A stretch of 64,000 nt of DNA from Candidatus Calescibacterium sp. (GCA_032249135.1 JAVVGL010000007.1:1-64000), one strand, 5' to 3'. Counted from the stretch's first letter, positions 49,329 through 60,162 are shown. The notes: generated by a model from the sequence alone, not told the origin. Translations and numbers: made by a program.

Positions 49329-51905
49329 ATGCTTGAGAGAGCAGAAAAACAGAAAGCAGAAAAACAGAATTTAGGAAAAAAAAGGGAGCATCAAGATCTT
49401 GATTTTGATTATTCAAAGTATGACTTCAAGATGCCCGAAATATATGAGTTCAAAACAAAAAAAGGGCTTGATGAACAGGTAATAAAGCAAATATCATATA
49501 TCAAAGGTGAGCCAGAGTGGATGCTAAATTTCAGACTCAAAGCATATGAAATCTTCAAAAAAAAACCATTGCCAACATGGGGTCCGGACCTATCTGAAAT
49601 AAACTTTGATGAATATTACTACTACATAAAACCAACGGATAAAAAAGGACATTCATGGGATGAAGTTCCAGATTATATAAAAGAAACTTTTGAAAGGCTT
49701 GGAATACCTGAGGCTGAAAGAAAATTCCTTGCAGGAGTTGGAGCGATGTATGAAAGCGAAGTCGTATATCACAAAATAAGAGAAGACCTTGCAAAAAAAG
49801 GAGTAATATTCGTTGATACAGACACAGCCGTCAAAGAATATCCAGATCTCGTAAAAGAATATTTTGGAAAAGTTATACCACCAACAGATAATAAATTTGC
49901 TGCTCTGAACTCGGCTGTGTGGTCAGGGGGGTCCTTCATTTATGTGCCACCCGGAGTGAAAGTAGATTTACCTCTGCAAGCTTATTTCAGAATAAACGCT
50001 CAAAATGTCGGACAGTTCGAGAGAACCCTTATTATAGCAGATGAAGGAAGTGAGGTTGTCTATGTTGAAGGATGTTTTACCAAAGGTACTATGATAAATG
50101 CTAATCCCGACTTTAAACCAATTGAAAAAATTAAACCTGGTGATAAAGTTCTAACGCATAAAGGTGAATACAAACAAGTTTGGTTTACACAAGTGAGACC
50201 ATATACTGGTTATCTATATAAGATAAAAGTTTATGGAAATTCATGTGAAGAAATTAATGTAACAGAGGAACACCCCTTTCTATGCGTGAGAAGAGAAAGA
50301 AAAAACGAGAAAAATAGAAAATGGAATTTAGAATGGGTAAAAGCAAAGGATTTAAAAAAGGGCGATTATGTTGTAACTCCTATTAACAAAGTTATAAATA
50401 GTAAAGATAGTTATGATGTTGAGATAGTTTTTAGAGGGAAAAAAGTAAGAAAAACAATACCTTTAACAAAGGAATTTTTCAGATTGGTCGGTTACTATCT
50501 TGCAGAAGGAAGTATTAGCAAAAAATATTATTTAAACTTTTCATTTGGACTACATGAGAGGGAATTAGTAGAAGATGTAAAAAACATAATTAAAAAAGTC
50601 TTTGGTATAGAAAAATTTTATGAAGTAATAGACAATAAAAAACATGGTATATCGCTGAGAATAGCTTCTGCTGAATTATGTAGAATATTTGAATTATTTG
50701 GTACTAAATGTGATGAGAAAAAAATACCCTCATGGCTAATGTTAGAATCTCCAGAAAAACAGAAAGAATTGATAATCGGATTATTTAGGGGAGGTGGGAA
50801 TTATTATAAAAAGGTTACAAAAAGTGGATATCTCAAAGAAGTTTTTAGAATAAATACAACATCTTTCACGTTAGCAAAGCAAGTACGTGAAATCTTGCTA
50901 AGACTTGGTATAGCTTCCTTTATTAATTCAAGAAACAGAGAGAAGGAAGAAAGGAAAACAATATATACAATAGGAATTACTGGCTGGTTTATTAAACCAT
51001 TTGGCGATCTTGTCGGAATTAAAGTTGAAACAGAAATTAATGGTAAAAAAAGAGCCTCAATGTTTCACTTAGATGAAAATTACTTGTACTCACCAGTAAG
51101 AAGCATAAAAAAAGAATTTGTTAAAAATATAGAAGTTTATAATTTTGGTGTTTTAGATGATGAGAGTTATGTTGCTAATGGTGTGGCTGTCCATAATTGC
51201 TCCGCCCCAGTATACTCAAAAGATTCGCTCCATGCAGCTGTTGTTGAAATAGTAGCAAAACCCGGCGCACGAGTTCAATATATAACGATACAAAACTGGT
51301 CAAAAAATGTCTATAACCTCGTGACAAAAAGAGCAGTAGCGTACGAGGATGCAGAAGTAATATGGATAGATGGAAACATAGGTTCCCATGTTACTATGAA
51401 GTATCCCGCTATATATCTTATGGGTAAAGGTGCAAGGGGACAAATTATCTCGGTAGCTTATGCAGGAAAAAATCAAATTCAAGATACAGGTGCAAAAGTC
51501 ATTCACGCCGCACCATATACAAAGTCTGTAATAACATCAAAATCCGTATCAAAATTTGGTGGAATAACAACTTACAGAGGTCTTGTAAAAGTTGTACAAG
51601 GTGCTCACGACTCAACAGTATCTGTAACATGCGATGCCCTCATTTTAGATGAGATCTCAAAATCAAACACAATTCCAACTATGGAAATATTAGAAGATGA
51701 TGTCACAATATCTCATGAAGCATCAGTAGGTAGAATTTCAGAAGACGTAATTTTCTATCTATCTTCACGAGGGTTGAAAGAGTCCGAAGCTCTTGCGATG
51801 ATTGTCAGAGGCTTTATGGAACCGTTTGTAAAATCACTACCTATGGAATATGCTGTTGAAATGAATAGATTACTTGAACTTGAAATGGAAGGAGCAGTAG
51901 GGTAA
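49329..51905 (+). CDS. sufB: Fe-S cluster assembly protein SufB, intein-containing
   Basis: EPEWMLNFRLKA, DNKFAALNSAVWSGGSF, GQFERTLI, LHAAVVE, HEASVGRI, LEMEGAVG; SD GGAGGT before ATG 49329. Confidence 0.97.
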   Translation: MLERAEKQKAEKQNLGKKREHQDLDFDYSKYDFKMPEIYEFKTKKGLDEQVIKQISYIKGEPEWMLNFRLKAYEIFKKKPLPTWGPDLSEINFDEYYYYIKPTDKKGHSWDEVPDYIKETFERLGIPEAERKFLAGVGAMYESEVVYHKIREDLAKKGVIFVDTDTAVKEYPDLVKEYFGKVIPPTDNKFAALNSAVWSGGSFIYVPPGVKVDLPLQAYFRINAQNVGQFERTLIIADEGSEVVYVEGCFTKGTMINANPDFKPIEKIKPGDKVLTHKGEYKQVWFTQVRPYTGYLYKIKVYGNSCEEINVTEEHPFLCVRRERKNEKNRKWNLEWVKAKDLKKGDYVVTPINKVINSKDSYDVEIVFRGKKVRKTIPLTKEFFRLVGYYLAEGSISKKYYLNFSFGLHERELVEDVKNIIKKVFGIEKFYEVIDNKKHGISLRIASAELCRIFELFGTKCDEKKIPSWLMLESPEKQKELIIGLFRGGGNYYKKVTKSGYLKEVFRINTTSFTLAKQVREILLRLGIASFINSRNREKEERKTIYTIGITGWFIKPFGDLVGIKVETEINGKKRASMFHLDENYLYSPVRSIKKEFVKNIEVYNFGVLDDESYVANGVAVHNCSAPVYSKDSLHAAVVEIVAKPGARVQYITIQNWSKNVYNLVTKRAVAYEDAEVIWIDGNIGSHVTMKYPAIYLMGKGARGQIISVAYAGKNQIQDTGAKVIHAAPYTKSVITSKSVSKFGGITTYRGLVKVVQGAHDSTVSVTCDALILDEISKSNTIPTMEILEDDVTISHEASVGRISEDVIFYLSSRGLKESEALAMIVRGFMEPFVKSLPMEYAVEMNRLLELEMEGAVG
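50073..51197 (+). mobile_element. SufB intein (375 aa) with LAGLIDADG homing endonuclease
   Basis: YVEG/CFTKGT start, block B TEEHPF, block C GYYLAEG, block E GLFRGGG, block F VYNFGV, end VHN/CSAP. Confidence 0.96.
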
Positions 51906-51921
51906 TTTATTTACAGGATAA

Positions 51922-53091
51922 TCACCTTTTTAAGCTTGATAATCCCTCTTTTATTCTCTTTATACCTTCTTTTATTTTTTCTTCCGAAAGGGCAAAGGAT
52001 AATCTTATAAATCCTTCAGCTCCAAAACCACTTCCCGGAATGACTAAAACTTTGTAATTTTCAAGAAGAAAATCGCTGAGCTCATCCGTTGTTTTAACTT
52101 TATCTCCTAAAAACTCAGAAACATCTGGGAATATGTAAAAAGCTCCGCGAGGTTTTACACACTTTATACCAAGCTCGCATAACAAGTTAAAAATAAGGTC
52201 TCTCCTTTGTTTGAATTTTTCCGTAGTTTCTTTGACAAAATTTTGAGTTTCTTCTTCAAGCGCCCCCAAAGATGCATACTGAGATATTGTAGTAGGGTTA
52301 GATGTAGTCTGACTTTGAACTTTTCTCATCGCAGAAATAATTTTCTCCGGACCAAGAGCAAAACCTATTCTCCACCCCGTCATAGAATAAGTTTTTGACA
52401 TTCCCCATATCACAAGAGTTTTCTCTTTTAAAAACCGAGCAAAACTTTCAAAAACCCCATCATAAACCAAGGTTCCGTATATCTCATCTGAAATCACAAA
52501 AACATCTTTTTTAGAAACGATTTTAGCTATCTCTTTGAAAACATCTGGACTTGCTACCGCTCCCGTAGGATTGCAAGGGAAATTCAAGATCAAAACTTTT
52601 GTTCTTGAGGAAATAGCATTTGCAATATCATCTGGATTCGGTTCAAAATTATTTTCTGGCTTTGTTTCAACAAATTTTGGAATTCCGCCCACCATTTTTA
52701 CCATATCAGGATACGATACCCAATAAGGAGAAAGTATTATAACCTCGTCTCCTTCATCAACGAGAGAAAATAAAGCTTCATATATTGCCATTTTTGCCCC
52801 CGGAGTTACTATTATTTCTTTTGTATCGTATTTTACTCCGAAAAAATCTTCAAATCTTTTTGCAACTGCTTTTTTGAGCTCTGGGATACCATCAACAGCA
52901 GTATACTTTGTTTTACCCTGGTCTATTGCTCTCTTCCCCCATTCACAAGCCTCATCAGGAGATGGAAAATCAGGTTCACCTGCTCCGAAAGATATTATAT
53001 CTTCTCCTTTTGATATTAATTCTTTTGCCTTCGCATCCAAAGATAGTGTTGGTGATGGTTTGATCTCTTTTACTCTCTTTGACAACTCCAT
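51922..53091 (-). CDS. aspC: PLP-dependent class I aminotransferase (aspartate aminotransferase)
   Basis: GAGEPDF, NFPCNPTG, SDEIY, SKTYSMTGWRIG, GAFYIF. Confidence 0.92.
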   Translation of the reverse strand: MELSKRVKEIKPSPTLSLDAKAKELISKGEDIISFGAGEPDFPSPDEACEWGKRAIDQGKTKYTAVDGIPELKKAVAKRFEDFFGVKYDTKEIIVTPGAKMAIYEALFSLVDEGDEVIILSPYWVSYPDMVKMVGGIPKFVETKPENNFEPNPDDIANAISSRTKVLILNFPCNPTGAVASPDVFKEIAKIVSKKDVFVISDEIYGTLVYDGVFESFARFLKEKTLVIWGMSKTYSMTGWRIGFALGPEKIISAMRKVQSQTTSNPTTISQYASLGALEEETQNFVKETTEKFKQRRDLIFNLLCELGIKCVKPRGAFYIFPDVSEFLGDKVKTTDELSDFLLENYKVLVIPGSGFGAEGFIRLSFALSEEKIKEGIKRIKEGLSSLKR

Positions 53092-53193
53092 AAATCCAAA
53101 TTTTTAAAGAAAGTTTTTTTCTTTAAATTTTTCTCTGAATTTTAGGTTTCTTTTCTTTTGGATTTTAATTTTGTCTTCCTTCTTTTTTGAATT

Positions 53194-53583
53194 TTAGGTT
53201 TCTAGTTCAGTTTTCAAAGATAGAACTAATTTTTTTATCTGATCTCTTATTTTTCTCAAAAATTCAATATCCGACGAAGCTGGATCCTCAATATCAAAAA
53301 ACATGACTTTTTTCCCTTCGGGAGCAAAAAAGATCATGCGAGATAGTATAACTATGATATCGTAATCTTTGAGTTTCTGAATGTCAATAGGTTTAGAAAA
53401 AAGTCCGTCTACCTCTACCCCGTCTTCTTTGAGAACATCTACCACCTCCGAAGGTATGTATCCGAGAGGTCTTACTCCTGCACTTTCTACTTCTGCATCA
53501 AGGAATTTCCTTGCGTAAGCTTCTGCAATTATGCTCCTATATGCATTCCCCACACAAACAAAAAGAATTTTTTTCCTTTTCAT
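53194..53583 (-). CDS. Low-molecular-weight phosphatase / ArsC-fold protein
   Basis: LFVCVGNAYRSIIAE, SAG, IEDP; no resolving cysteines. Confidence 0.85.
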   Translation of the reverse strand: MKRKKILFVCVGNAYRSIIAEAYARKFLDAEVESAGVRPLGYIPSEVVDVLKEDGVEVDGLFSKPIDIQKLKDYDIIVILSRMIFFAPEGKKVMFFDIEDPASSDIEFLRKIRDQIKKLVLSLKTELET

Positions 53584-53678
53584 CTTATCAAAACGCAAAT
53601 TTCAAATTATCAGAAAAACCAAAGATAAGACAATAGATCTTAAATTACTAATTTACATAATGAGGAGGTAAATTTTAA

Positions 53679-54695
53679 GTGAGAGTCTGGAAATTATTAT
53701 TTTTTCCGACCTTATTTTCAATTTTTCAGTTATTTCTTGATCTTTCAAAAGTTTTTGCGAACACAAAATTCAGATGTGCGTCAATAGCTCCACCGGGGAG
53801 TTTGTTTGAGAAAATTCTTCAAGATGGAGCTCAAAAAATAAAAGAAAGAACAGGCGTAGAAGTTATTATGTTCTCGGGAAGTATAGTCGGAGATGAGATA
53901 GATATAGCAAGAGATCTGAAAAACGGAAAATATGATTGTGCAATTCTCACGGTAAACGGTCTTGGCTTTATATCCTCATATTTCAGAGTACTAGATTTAC
54001 CATTTATGATAAAAAACGAAAAGGAATCAGATCTCGTAAGGAGGAAACTACTAAAAGCTTTTAGAGAACTGATAAAATCAGATGGGTATGTGTTGGCAGG
54101 GATTGCAGAAATAGGATTTGGACAATTTTTCTCAAAATATCCTATGCAAAGTCTCAAAGATTTTGCGGGCAAAAGTTTTTGGGTATGGAAGATTCACAAA
54201 ATCTACGAAGAAATATATACCAGAGTGCTAAAAAATCTTGGTGCAAAATCAGTAGAAACACCAACAATATGGGATGTAGAGAAATTCGGAGATAAAATTG
54301 ATATACTCATCGCAACGCCATATGTAATTTTAGCTTTTGGTTGGACCAGGTTTACAAAATATATTGTTGAACCAAATATCCTCTACCTCCCAGCAGGCAT
54401 TATAATAAAAAAAGATAAATTTGACTCTTTACCACAAGAAGTTCAAAATGAGATAGAAAGAATAGTTGAAGCCTTGGCAGAAGAAGCTACTTTGAAAATA
54501 AGAAAAGAAAACGAAAAAGCAAAGAAATTCCTGGTGAATAAATTAGGTTTTCAAATCACAACTATCAAAGATGCGGAAGAATTAGAGAAACTTTTCAGAG
54601 ATAACATGTGGCCAGTTTTCAAAGAAAAGTATATCCCATCCTGGTTCTTTATTTCTGTTATGACCGAAATCTTAAAGTTGAGAACAGGTCAGTAA
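53679..54695 (+). CDS. TRAP transporter substrate-binding protein (DctP family)
   Basis: ASIAPPGS, GSIVGDE, VLDLPFM, KDKFDSLPQEVQ. Confidence 0.85.
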   Translation: MRVWKLLFFPTLFSIFQLFLDLSKVFANTKFRCASIAPPGSLFEKILQDGAQKIKERTGVEVIMFSGSIVGDEIDIARDLKNGKYDCAILTVNGLGFISSYFRVLDLPFMIKNEKESDLVRRKLLKAFRELIKSDGYVLAGIAEIGFGQFFSKYPMQSLKDFAGKSFWVWKIHKIYEEIYTRVLKNLGAKSVETPTIWDVEKFGDKIDILIATPYVILAFGWTRFTKYIVEPNILYLPAGIIIKKDKFDSLPQEVQNEIERIVEALAEEATLKIRKENEKAKKFLVNKLGFQITTIKDAEELEKLFRDNMWPVFKEKYIPSWFFISVMTEILKLRTGQ

Positions 54696-54783
54696 AAAAA
54701 AATAAATAAAATAATAAGATAAAACGACAAAATTTTTAATTTCAGATTTTGAAAATGAATTTTTATTTTATAAAATTTCAAAT

Positions 54784-55482
54784 ATGGAGTTAGATTTGAT
54801 GAATATAGAGGGGGTAAAGCTCATAAATAACATCCCGTACGCGGTCGGCGCAGATGGTATACAGAAAGTATTTGAAGCTTTTGGTATAAAAAAGAGCAAA
54901 AAAGCAGCATATAAATTCATAGCAAAAGCTATATGGAAAAAGAGAATCGTTGAAAACGGAAAAAGCAAAATAGCAGTCCCCATAACAGAAATACAAAGGT
55001 GGATAAAGAAAAATTATCCTATTGTATGGCAGAGCTCAAAAGAAAAAAGTGAAGATGAAAAAGAAATAATATCCAAAAACTTTGAACTTATAGAAAGCGT
55101 AGAGAAAATAATAGACGATATAAAAGAAAAAATCGATGTAATAGATGATAACAGAGAAGGAGATACGAAAGAGGAAATAGAAATAAAGGAAGACAAAATC
55201 ACCCAGGAAGACAGAATATGGGCAACGGTTGGTGAGAAAGAAAAAAAGGAAGAAATAATAGAAGGATTGAAAATGAGAAATCAAAAACAAGACGATAGAA
55301 GTCAGGATAATAAGAATCAAGTGCTATCGGAAATCGGAGATACAATTATAAACTTATTCCTTACAACCCCTCCTTCTCACTTCAAAACAGAAAAGCTTGA
55401 AGAATTCAAACAAAAACTCATATTCGTATTAGATTTTATAGAAAACATAAATAAGCTCAAAAAACACAACAAAAAAGAATAG
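54784..55482 (+). CDS. Hypothetical protein (basic N-terminal domain, charged linker)
   Basis: 232-aa ORF with typical composition; no family recognised. Confidence 0.6.
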   Translation: MELDLMNIEGVKLINNIPYAVGADGIQKVFEAFGIKKSKKAAYKFIAKAIWKKRIVENGKSKIAVPITEIQRWIKKNYPIVWQSSKEKSEDEKEIISKNFELIESVEKIIDDIKEKIDVIDDNREGDTKEEIEIKEDKITQEDRIWATVGEKEKKEEIIEGLKMRNQKQDDRSQDNKNQVLSEIGDTIINLFLTTPPSHFKTEKLEEFKQKLIFVLDFIENINKLKKHNKKE

Positions 55483-55487
55483 ATTCC

Positions 55488-57596
55488 CTATTTCTTCCCC
55501 TTCTTTCCTGACCGGTAGTAATAGTAATAATAATATGATTTGGGGGTTAGGTCCGGTGCAAATTCACGGGTTACCTTGTTGACAACCAATTTTATATCTC
55601 TTGCTCCTCCTGTTTTTAACATATCTAAAAGCAAGTTCAATCTCTTCCTCGCAACCTTTCCCATATCATATACAACTAAAACGACATCAAAACTGCTAAT
55701 GATAGGAAAAATATCAGATACAATCAGAGCTGGAGGAGAATCCGCAATTACAACATCAAATTTTTTGCTTAACTTCTCAAGAATTCCAGGAAATATATTC
55801 TGAAAAAAGATATCTAGTTTGAAGTTTAAAACTTCTCCTTCTTCTTCTTTTGATCCAAATAGAGAAAGGTTATCATCCACCTTGAACTCAGAAAGTTCAA
55901 TGAGCCTTTCCGATCCATTACTTAACAAATCAGCATCTGATAAGATCAATTTTGTCAAACTTTTCTCTTTCGGCAAATTAAAAATTTCAGATAAAGATGG
56001 GTGTCTGAGATTCAGGTCAATAATTACTGTTTTTAACCCAGCGGATCCAAAAGCTCTGGAAAGTAGAAAAGATAAAAATGTTTTTCCTTCACCATCTTCA
56101 CAACTTGTAATGAGAATCTTTAATCTATTACCGTAGATTATTCTGAGCATATTCCTTATCATCTTTACATTTTCAATTATGAATTCGTCTTTGGCGTTAT
56201 ATCCTTCAACCTTAACTTTAGGTATCATAGCAAAAACTGGAATTTTCAAGTATCGCAGAATTTCCTCTATATTTTTGAACCTTGAATCCAAACTTTCAGC
56301 AATAAAGACCACCACAACTGACCCCACAAGAGCTACAAGCAGAGAAATAACTAACTGAAATTTTAGTCTTTTTATAGGTTCAGTAGGTAAAGTAGCACTT
56401 TTGTATACCTCCGCAAGCTGCGACCACATCCCGCTTGCCATCTTCAACTCTATAAGATTATTGTAATAGTTCTCAAAAACCCTATTGAGCATCTCTATAC
56501 TGTTTGAAAGATACATATATTGTGATAGATTACCTGTGATATACTGTATGTCCTTTCTCAAATTTTCTATTTCCTTTTCAGCCGCTTGCTTTTCAAGTTT
56601 AAGTTTAGCGAGCAATAATTTAAGCTTGTATAATATATCTTCAAAAATCTTCTGTATCTCCCTATCTAATTCCTTGATCTTCGGATGATCTTCACTATAT
56701 TTTGTGAGCAACTCATTTCTCGCCTTTTCAAGCTCAAAATACTTTGTATAAGATGATATCAAAGACTCATCTATTGATATAATTCTACCTACTTTATTTT
56801 TCAGCTCAGATACTGCTTCTTTTTCCTCCGGTAAGCTATCTTTCAATAAAATCTCATCCAAATTCCTAAGGTGTTCAGCAGTTTTTGATGGGTTCCGAGA
56901 GATCTTGAGAAAAAAATTCTCTATCGCCTGTATCTTCATATCAATCAAGCTAATATTTTTTCTCAAATCATTTATCCTTCGTAAATTTTGATCCAATTGC
57001 GATGTAGGATCAATTATACCTGTTTGAGCAGAAAACTGTGATAGTGTGTTATACATTTCCTTCAATTTTTGTGATAGCTCATCTGATGATTCTTTGAGGA
57101 ATGAGATTGCATTCTCAATAGATTGCTCAAACCACTTTTTTGAGTTCTGAACATAAGCGTTTGCAACTGCATTTGCCACATCTTTTGCCTCAGATGGATT
57201 TTCCGAATATGCAGTTATATCTATGATATTCTCTCTTGATTTGACAGAAACTTCTATCATATTTCTTAATTTGTTTATATTCTCCTCATTTACATCCCAA
57301 CCTAAAATAGATAGAGCGGTCTTTATGTTCTCTTCGGACTTTATTTTCACCTTCTCCTCCTCTGGATCAAATTTCAAAGTTTTTATATCAATCCCAATTT
57401 CTTTGACCATAGATGGAACATGTATCATCTGAGACACTCTGACAGAAGCTGTGGATGAAAAAATTTTTTTCTCTTTTGGGCTTGAAATTTTCTGGAGACC
57501 AAAAGTTATGCTGAAAAGGAGTATAAAGCTTATGAGCAAAAGTTTTCTACGACGATAAAACGAAAATAAAAGTTCCCTCAGCCCGAGCTCTTCCAT
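55488..57596 (-). CDS. wzc: Wzc-type polysaccharide co-polymerase / BY tyrosine kinase
   Basis: Two TMs around a coiled-coil periplasmic domain (YSEDHPKI), Walker A GEGKT, IIDLNLRHP, ADSPP, C-terminal YYYYYYY. Confidence 0.9.
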   Translation of the reverse strand: MEELGLRELLFSFYRRRKLLLISFILLFSITFGLQKISSPKEKKIFSSTASVRVSQMIHVPSMVKEIGIDIKTLKFDPEEEKVKIKSEENIKTALSILGWDVNEENINKLRNMIEVSVKSRENIIDITAYSENPSEAKDVANAVANAYVQNSKKWFEQSIENAISFLKESSDELSQKLKEMYNTLSQFSAQTGIIDPTSQLDQNLRRINDLRKNISLIDMKIQAIENFFLKISRNPSKTAEHLRNLDEILLKDSLPEEKEAVSELKNKVGRIISIDESLISSYTKYFELEKARNELLTKYSEDHPKIKELDREIQKIFEDILYKLKLLLAKLKLEKQAAEKEIENLRKDIQYITGNLSQYMYLSNSIEMLNRVFENYYNNLIELKMASGMWSQLAEVYKSATLPTEPIKRLKFQLVISLLVALVGSVVVVFIAESLDSRFKNIEEILRYLKIPVFAMIPKVKVEGYNAKDEFIIENVKMIRNMLRIIYGNRLKILITSCEDGEGKTFLSFLLSRAFGSAGLKTVIIDLNLRHPSLSEIFNLPKEKSLTKLILSDADLLSNGSERLIELSEFKVDDNLSLFGSKEEEGEVLNFKLDIFFQNIFPGILEKLSKKFDVVIADSPPALIVSDIFPIISSFDVVLVVYDMGKVARKRLNLLLDMLKTGGARDIKLVVNKVTREFAPDLTPKSYYYYYYYRSGKKGKK

Positions 57597-57838
57597 ATTT
57601 TCACCTCAACACAAATTCTCAATCCAATTGAAAATACAAAACAAAAAACATAGTTTATTTTCTATTTTTTTTATTCTTTTCACAAATTTCTAAAAACTTT
57701 CTATAAAAAACTTCAACATCTTATTTTACTTATCTTCGCTTTTATCACAAAATAGTTAGTTAAGCTAAAAAAATCAAAAATAGGGTCTGATATTTGTTTT
57801 CTATATTTTTTCCTGAAAAAAATACAAAAGGAAATGGA

Positions 57839-59092
57839 ATGGAAAAGATATTGGTTGAAATGAAAAAAGAAAACAGCATAGCAGCGGTAATAAGACTTAA
57901 TCTTTCAACAAGGTTCTTCCTGGTCTTTCTTCCATTCCTTGTAGGAGACATAGCTATTCCAACACTCCTTTTATATCTTATAAACAAATTACCCCCATCC
58001 CCTGAAACACAGCTCCTCAAAATACTTATAATTTCTATATTCGGATTTTACTTTTTTGTAATAATAGGATTGTTTTTAGGGTGTTTGTACTATGCTGTAC
58101 GACCTATAAATTTATTCATACAAAGTATAAAGAAAATACTTGAAGGTAAAGCAGAAAAGCTGAAAGAGGAGGATTTTATTGCAAGTTTCATTTTTGTTGG
58201 CTTTGAAGACGAAAACACAGATCTTGCAAAACTTATAAACAAACTAATAGATCACTTTACCGAAGCCAAGAAAAAAGTAGATACAATAGGGAACAACATA
58301 ATCAGAAGCTCTGATGAAGTCAAGGAGGTATCAGGAAAAGTAGATGATGGAGCGAAACAGGTAAGAAGAGAGGTGGAAAAATTTTCCGTAAGCTTTGAGA
58401 GTATGAAGCAGGCAATAGATGAAATAACAGAAAGAATATCAAAAGTTGCAAAGGAGTTAGATAAGCTAAATCAAATAGCAGAAGGTGGCGTCCAAAAAGT
58501 TTCTCATTCTCTGCAGGTTTTTCATCAGCTCATAGCAAAAATAGAGAGATTCAAAGATATTTCATCTCAAATAAAAGATGTTATGGAGCAGGTTAAATCA
58601 TCAATATCTGTGATTGAGGATATAACAGATCAGGTAAATCTTTTGGCTTTGAATGCAGCAATAGAGGCTGCAAGAGCTGGCGATGCAGGTAGAGGTTTCG
58701 CTGTCGTTGCGGATGAGGTAAGAAAACTTGCAAACAGAACGATGGAATCGGCAGAGGAAATAAAGAAAAGTTTGGCTGATGCTGAGCGAGTTGTTAATTC
58801 AGCAGTTGATACTATGACCTCTGTTTTAGCAGAAGCTCAAAACATAATAAATGTAGCTGATATGATAGCCAAAGAATTTGAAGAAATAGCAAAAGGAGTA
58901 AAAGATATACAGCATTACTCCTCGTCAGTCGCATCAGCAGCGGAGGAACAAGACGCTGTTTTCAGAGAATTAGTAAAATCAGTAGAAATTCTCTCAAAAA
59001 AGGTAGATGATTTTGCAATGGCTTCGGATAAACTTTTAGAAACTGCTCAAAAACTTCACCAAGTTGTATCAGAACTCAAAAAGATTTTATAA
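57839..59092 (+). CDS. Methyl-accepting chemotaxis protein
   Basis: Two TMs, HAMP-like region, [34 protein letters not shown]. Confidence 0.95.
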   Translation: MEKILVEMKKENSIAAVIRLNLSTRFFLVFLPFLVGDIAIPTLLLYLINKLPPSPETQLLKILIISIFGFYFFVIIGLFLGCLYYAVRPINLFIQSIKKILEGKAEKLKEEDFIASFIFVGFEDENTDLAKLINKLIDHFTEAKKKVDTIGNNIIRSSDEVKEVSGKVDDGAKQVRREVEKFSVSFESMKQAIDEITERISKVAKELDKLNQIAEGGVQKVSHSLQVFHQLIAKIERFKDISSQIKDVMEQVKSSISVIEDITDQVNLLALNAAIEAARAGDAGRGFAVVADEVRKLANRTMESAEEIKKSLADAERVVNSAVDTMTSVLAEAQNIINVADMIAKEFEEIAKGVKDIQHYSSSVASAAEEQDAVFRELVKSVEILSKKVDDFAMASDKLLETAQKLHQVVSELKKIL

Positions 59093-59159
59093 AAAAGAAA
59101 AAACAACATAAAAAAGCAATAAAAAACAAACAAAAGAATTAAAAACTGAACCTATAATA

Positions 59160-59645
59160 ATGAGATTGATGAACCTAAAAATTCTCATTTTGATTTTGCT
59201 CTTACCTATTCCAGAGGTTTTCAAGATAAATCAGGAAATAAAAGTAGAAAAATCTCGCTTTGAGATAACGCATAATATGGTAGTTCATTTTCCAATAGCT
59301 TTTGCAACAGGGGCTTCAATTTTTGAGATTTTATCTTTCTTCAGACCGTATTATTCAAGCTCAGCAAAAATTATGATCGGGCTTACATCAGTATCATCTC
59401 TTATTTCTTTCATAACGGGTCAAAAAGCAGAAGAGAATATAATGAGAACAGAGAAAGGAAAAGAGAAAAAAGATTTTGTTGAGATTCACGGGGCAGTTGG
59501 AATAACACTACTTTTTATTTCTACGCTTGCATTCATATTTAAATTTTTCCCTCAAATGAAAGTCATATCAACAGCATTTATATTTCTCTCGGTTGCGTTA
59601 GCTTTTCTTTGTGGATATTTCGGGGGAATAATCTCACACAAATGA
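59160..59645 (+). CDS. DUF2231-like membrane protein
   Basis: HNMVVHFPIA, ITG..AE, EIHG, GYFGG. Confidence 0.75.
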   Translation: MRLMNLKILILILLLPIPEVFKINQEIKVEKSRFEITHNMVVHFPIAFATGASIFEILSFFRPYYSSSAKIMIGLTSVSSLISFITGQKAEENIMRTEKGKEKKDFVEIHGAVGITLLFISTLAFIFKFFPQMKVISTAFIFLSVALAFLCGYFGGIISHK

Positions 59646-59697
59646 AAAATTTTTGATTTATAAAAAAATAAAGTACTCCAAAAGAAAATTTGAGAGT

Positions 59698-60117
59698 ATG
59701 GATATAAGAGAGATAGTAGCCAAAGCGTGTCAAGAAGGGATAAGATATTACGGAGACTCCGCAACTCATAAGTTTTATGAGCTACTTAAAGAAAAAAAGT
59801 TTATGACCACAAAGTGTAAAAGGTGCTCAAAAATAGATTTCCCTCCTCGCAAATTCTGCTCATCCTGTTTTTCAGAGGATTTAGAATGGGTAGAAATTCC
59901 TCGCAGAGGAAAAGTTTATGCTTTTACAAACCAAAAAAGAGCTTTAAGATTCACATATCCTGATATAATAGGTTTTGTTGAAATAGAGGGAATAGGAAGA
60001 ATTCTGACAAAAATAGAAGGAGAAGATATAAAAGTGGGAGATGAAGTAGAACTTGATTTCGTTGAAGTAGATGGTCTTACTTTACATAAGTTCAAAAAAG
60101 TAAATTCAGCAAAATGA
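59698..60117 (+). CDS. DUF35 Zn-ribbon/OB-fold protein
   Basis: CKRC...FPPRKFCSSC, GKVYAFT, IKVGDEVELDF. Confidence 0.88.
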   Translation: MDIREIVAKACQEGIRYYGDSATHKFYELLKEKKFMTTKCKRCSKIDFPPRKFCSSCFSEDLEWVEIPRRGKVYAFTNQKRALRFTYPDIIGFVEIEGIGRILTKIEGEDIKVGDEVELDFVEVDGLTLHKFKKVNSAK

Positions 60118-60118
60118 G

Positions 60119-60136
60119 TTCATCTGCGAAGATGAA
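60119..60136. terminator. Hairpin between convergent genes
   Basis: TTCATCT-GCGA-AGATGAA stem-loop; weak U-tract. Confidence 0.4.
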
Positions 60137-60162
60137 TAAGTTAGAGCTGCTCTACAAAGGGG

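Noticed and set aside
53194..53583. Arsenate reductase arsC call
   Set aside because: Only the P-loop Cys is present; resolving cysteines and ars neighbours are absent.
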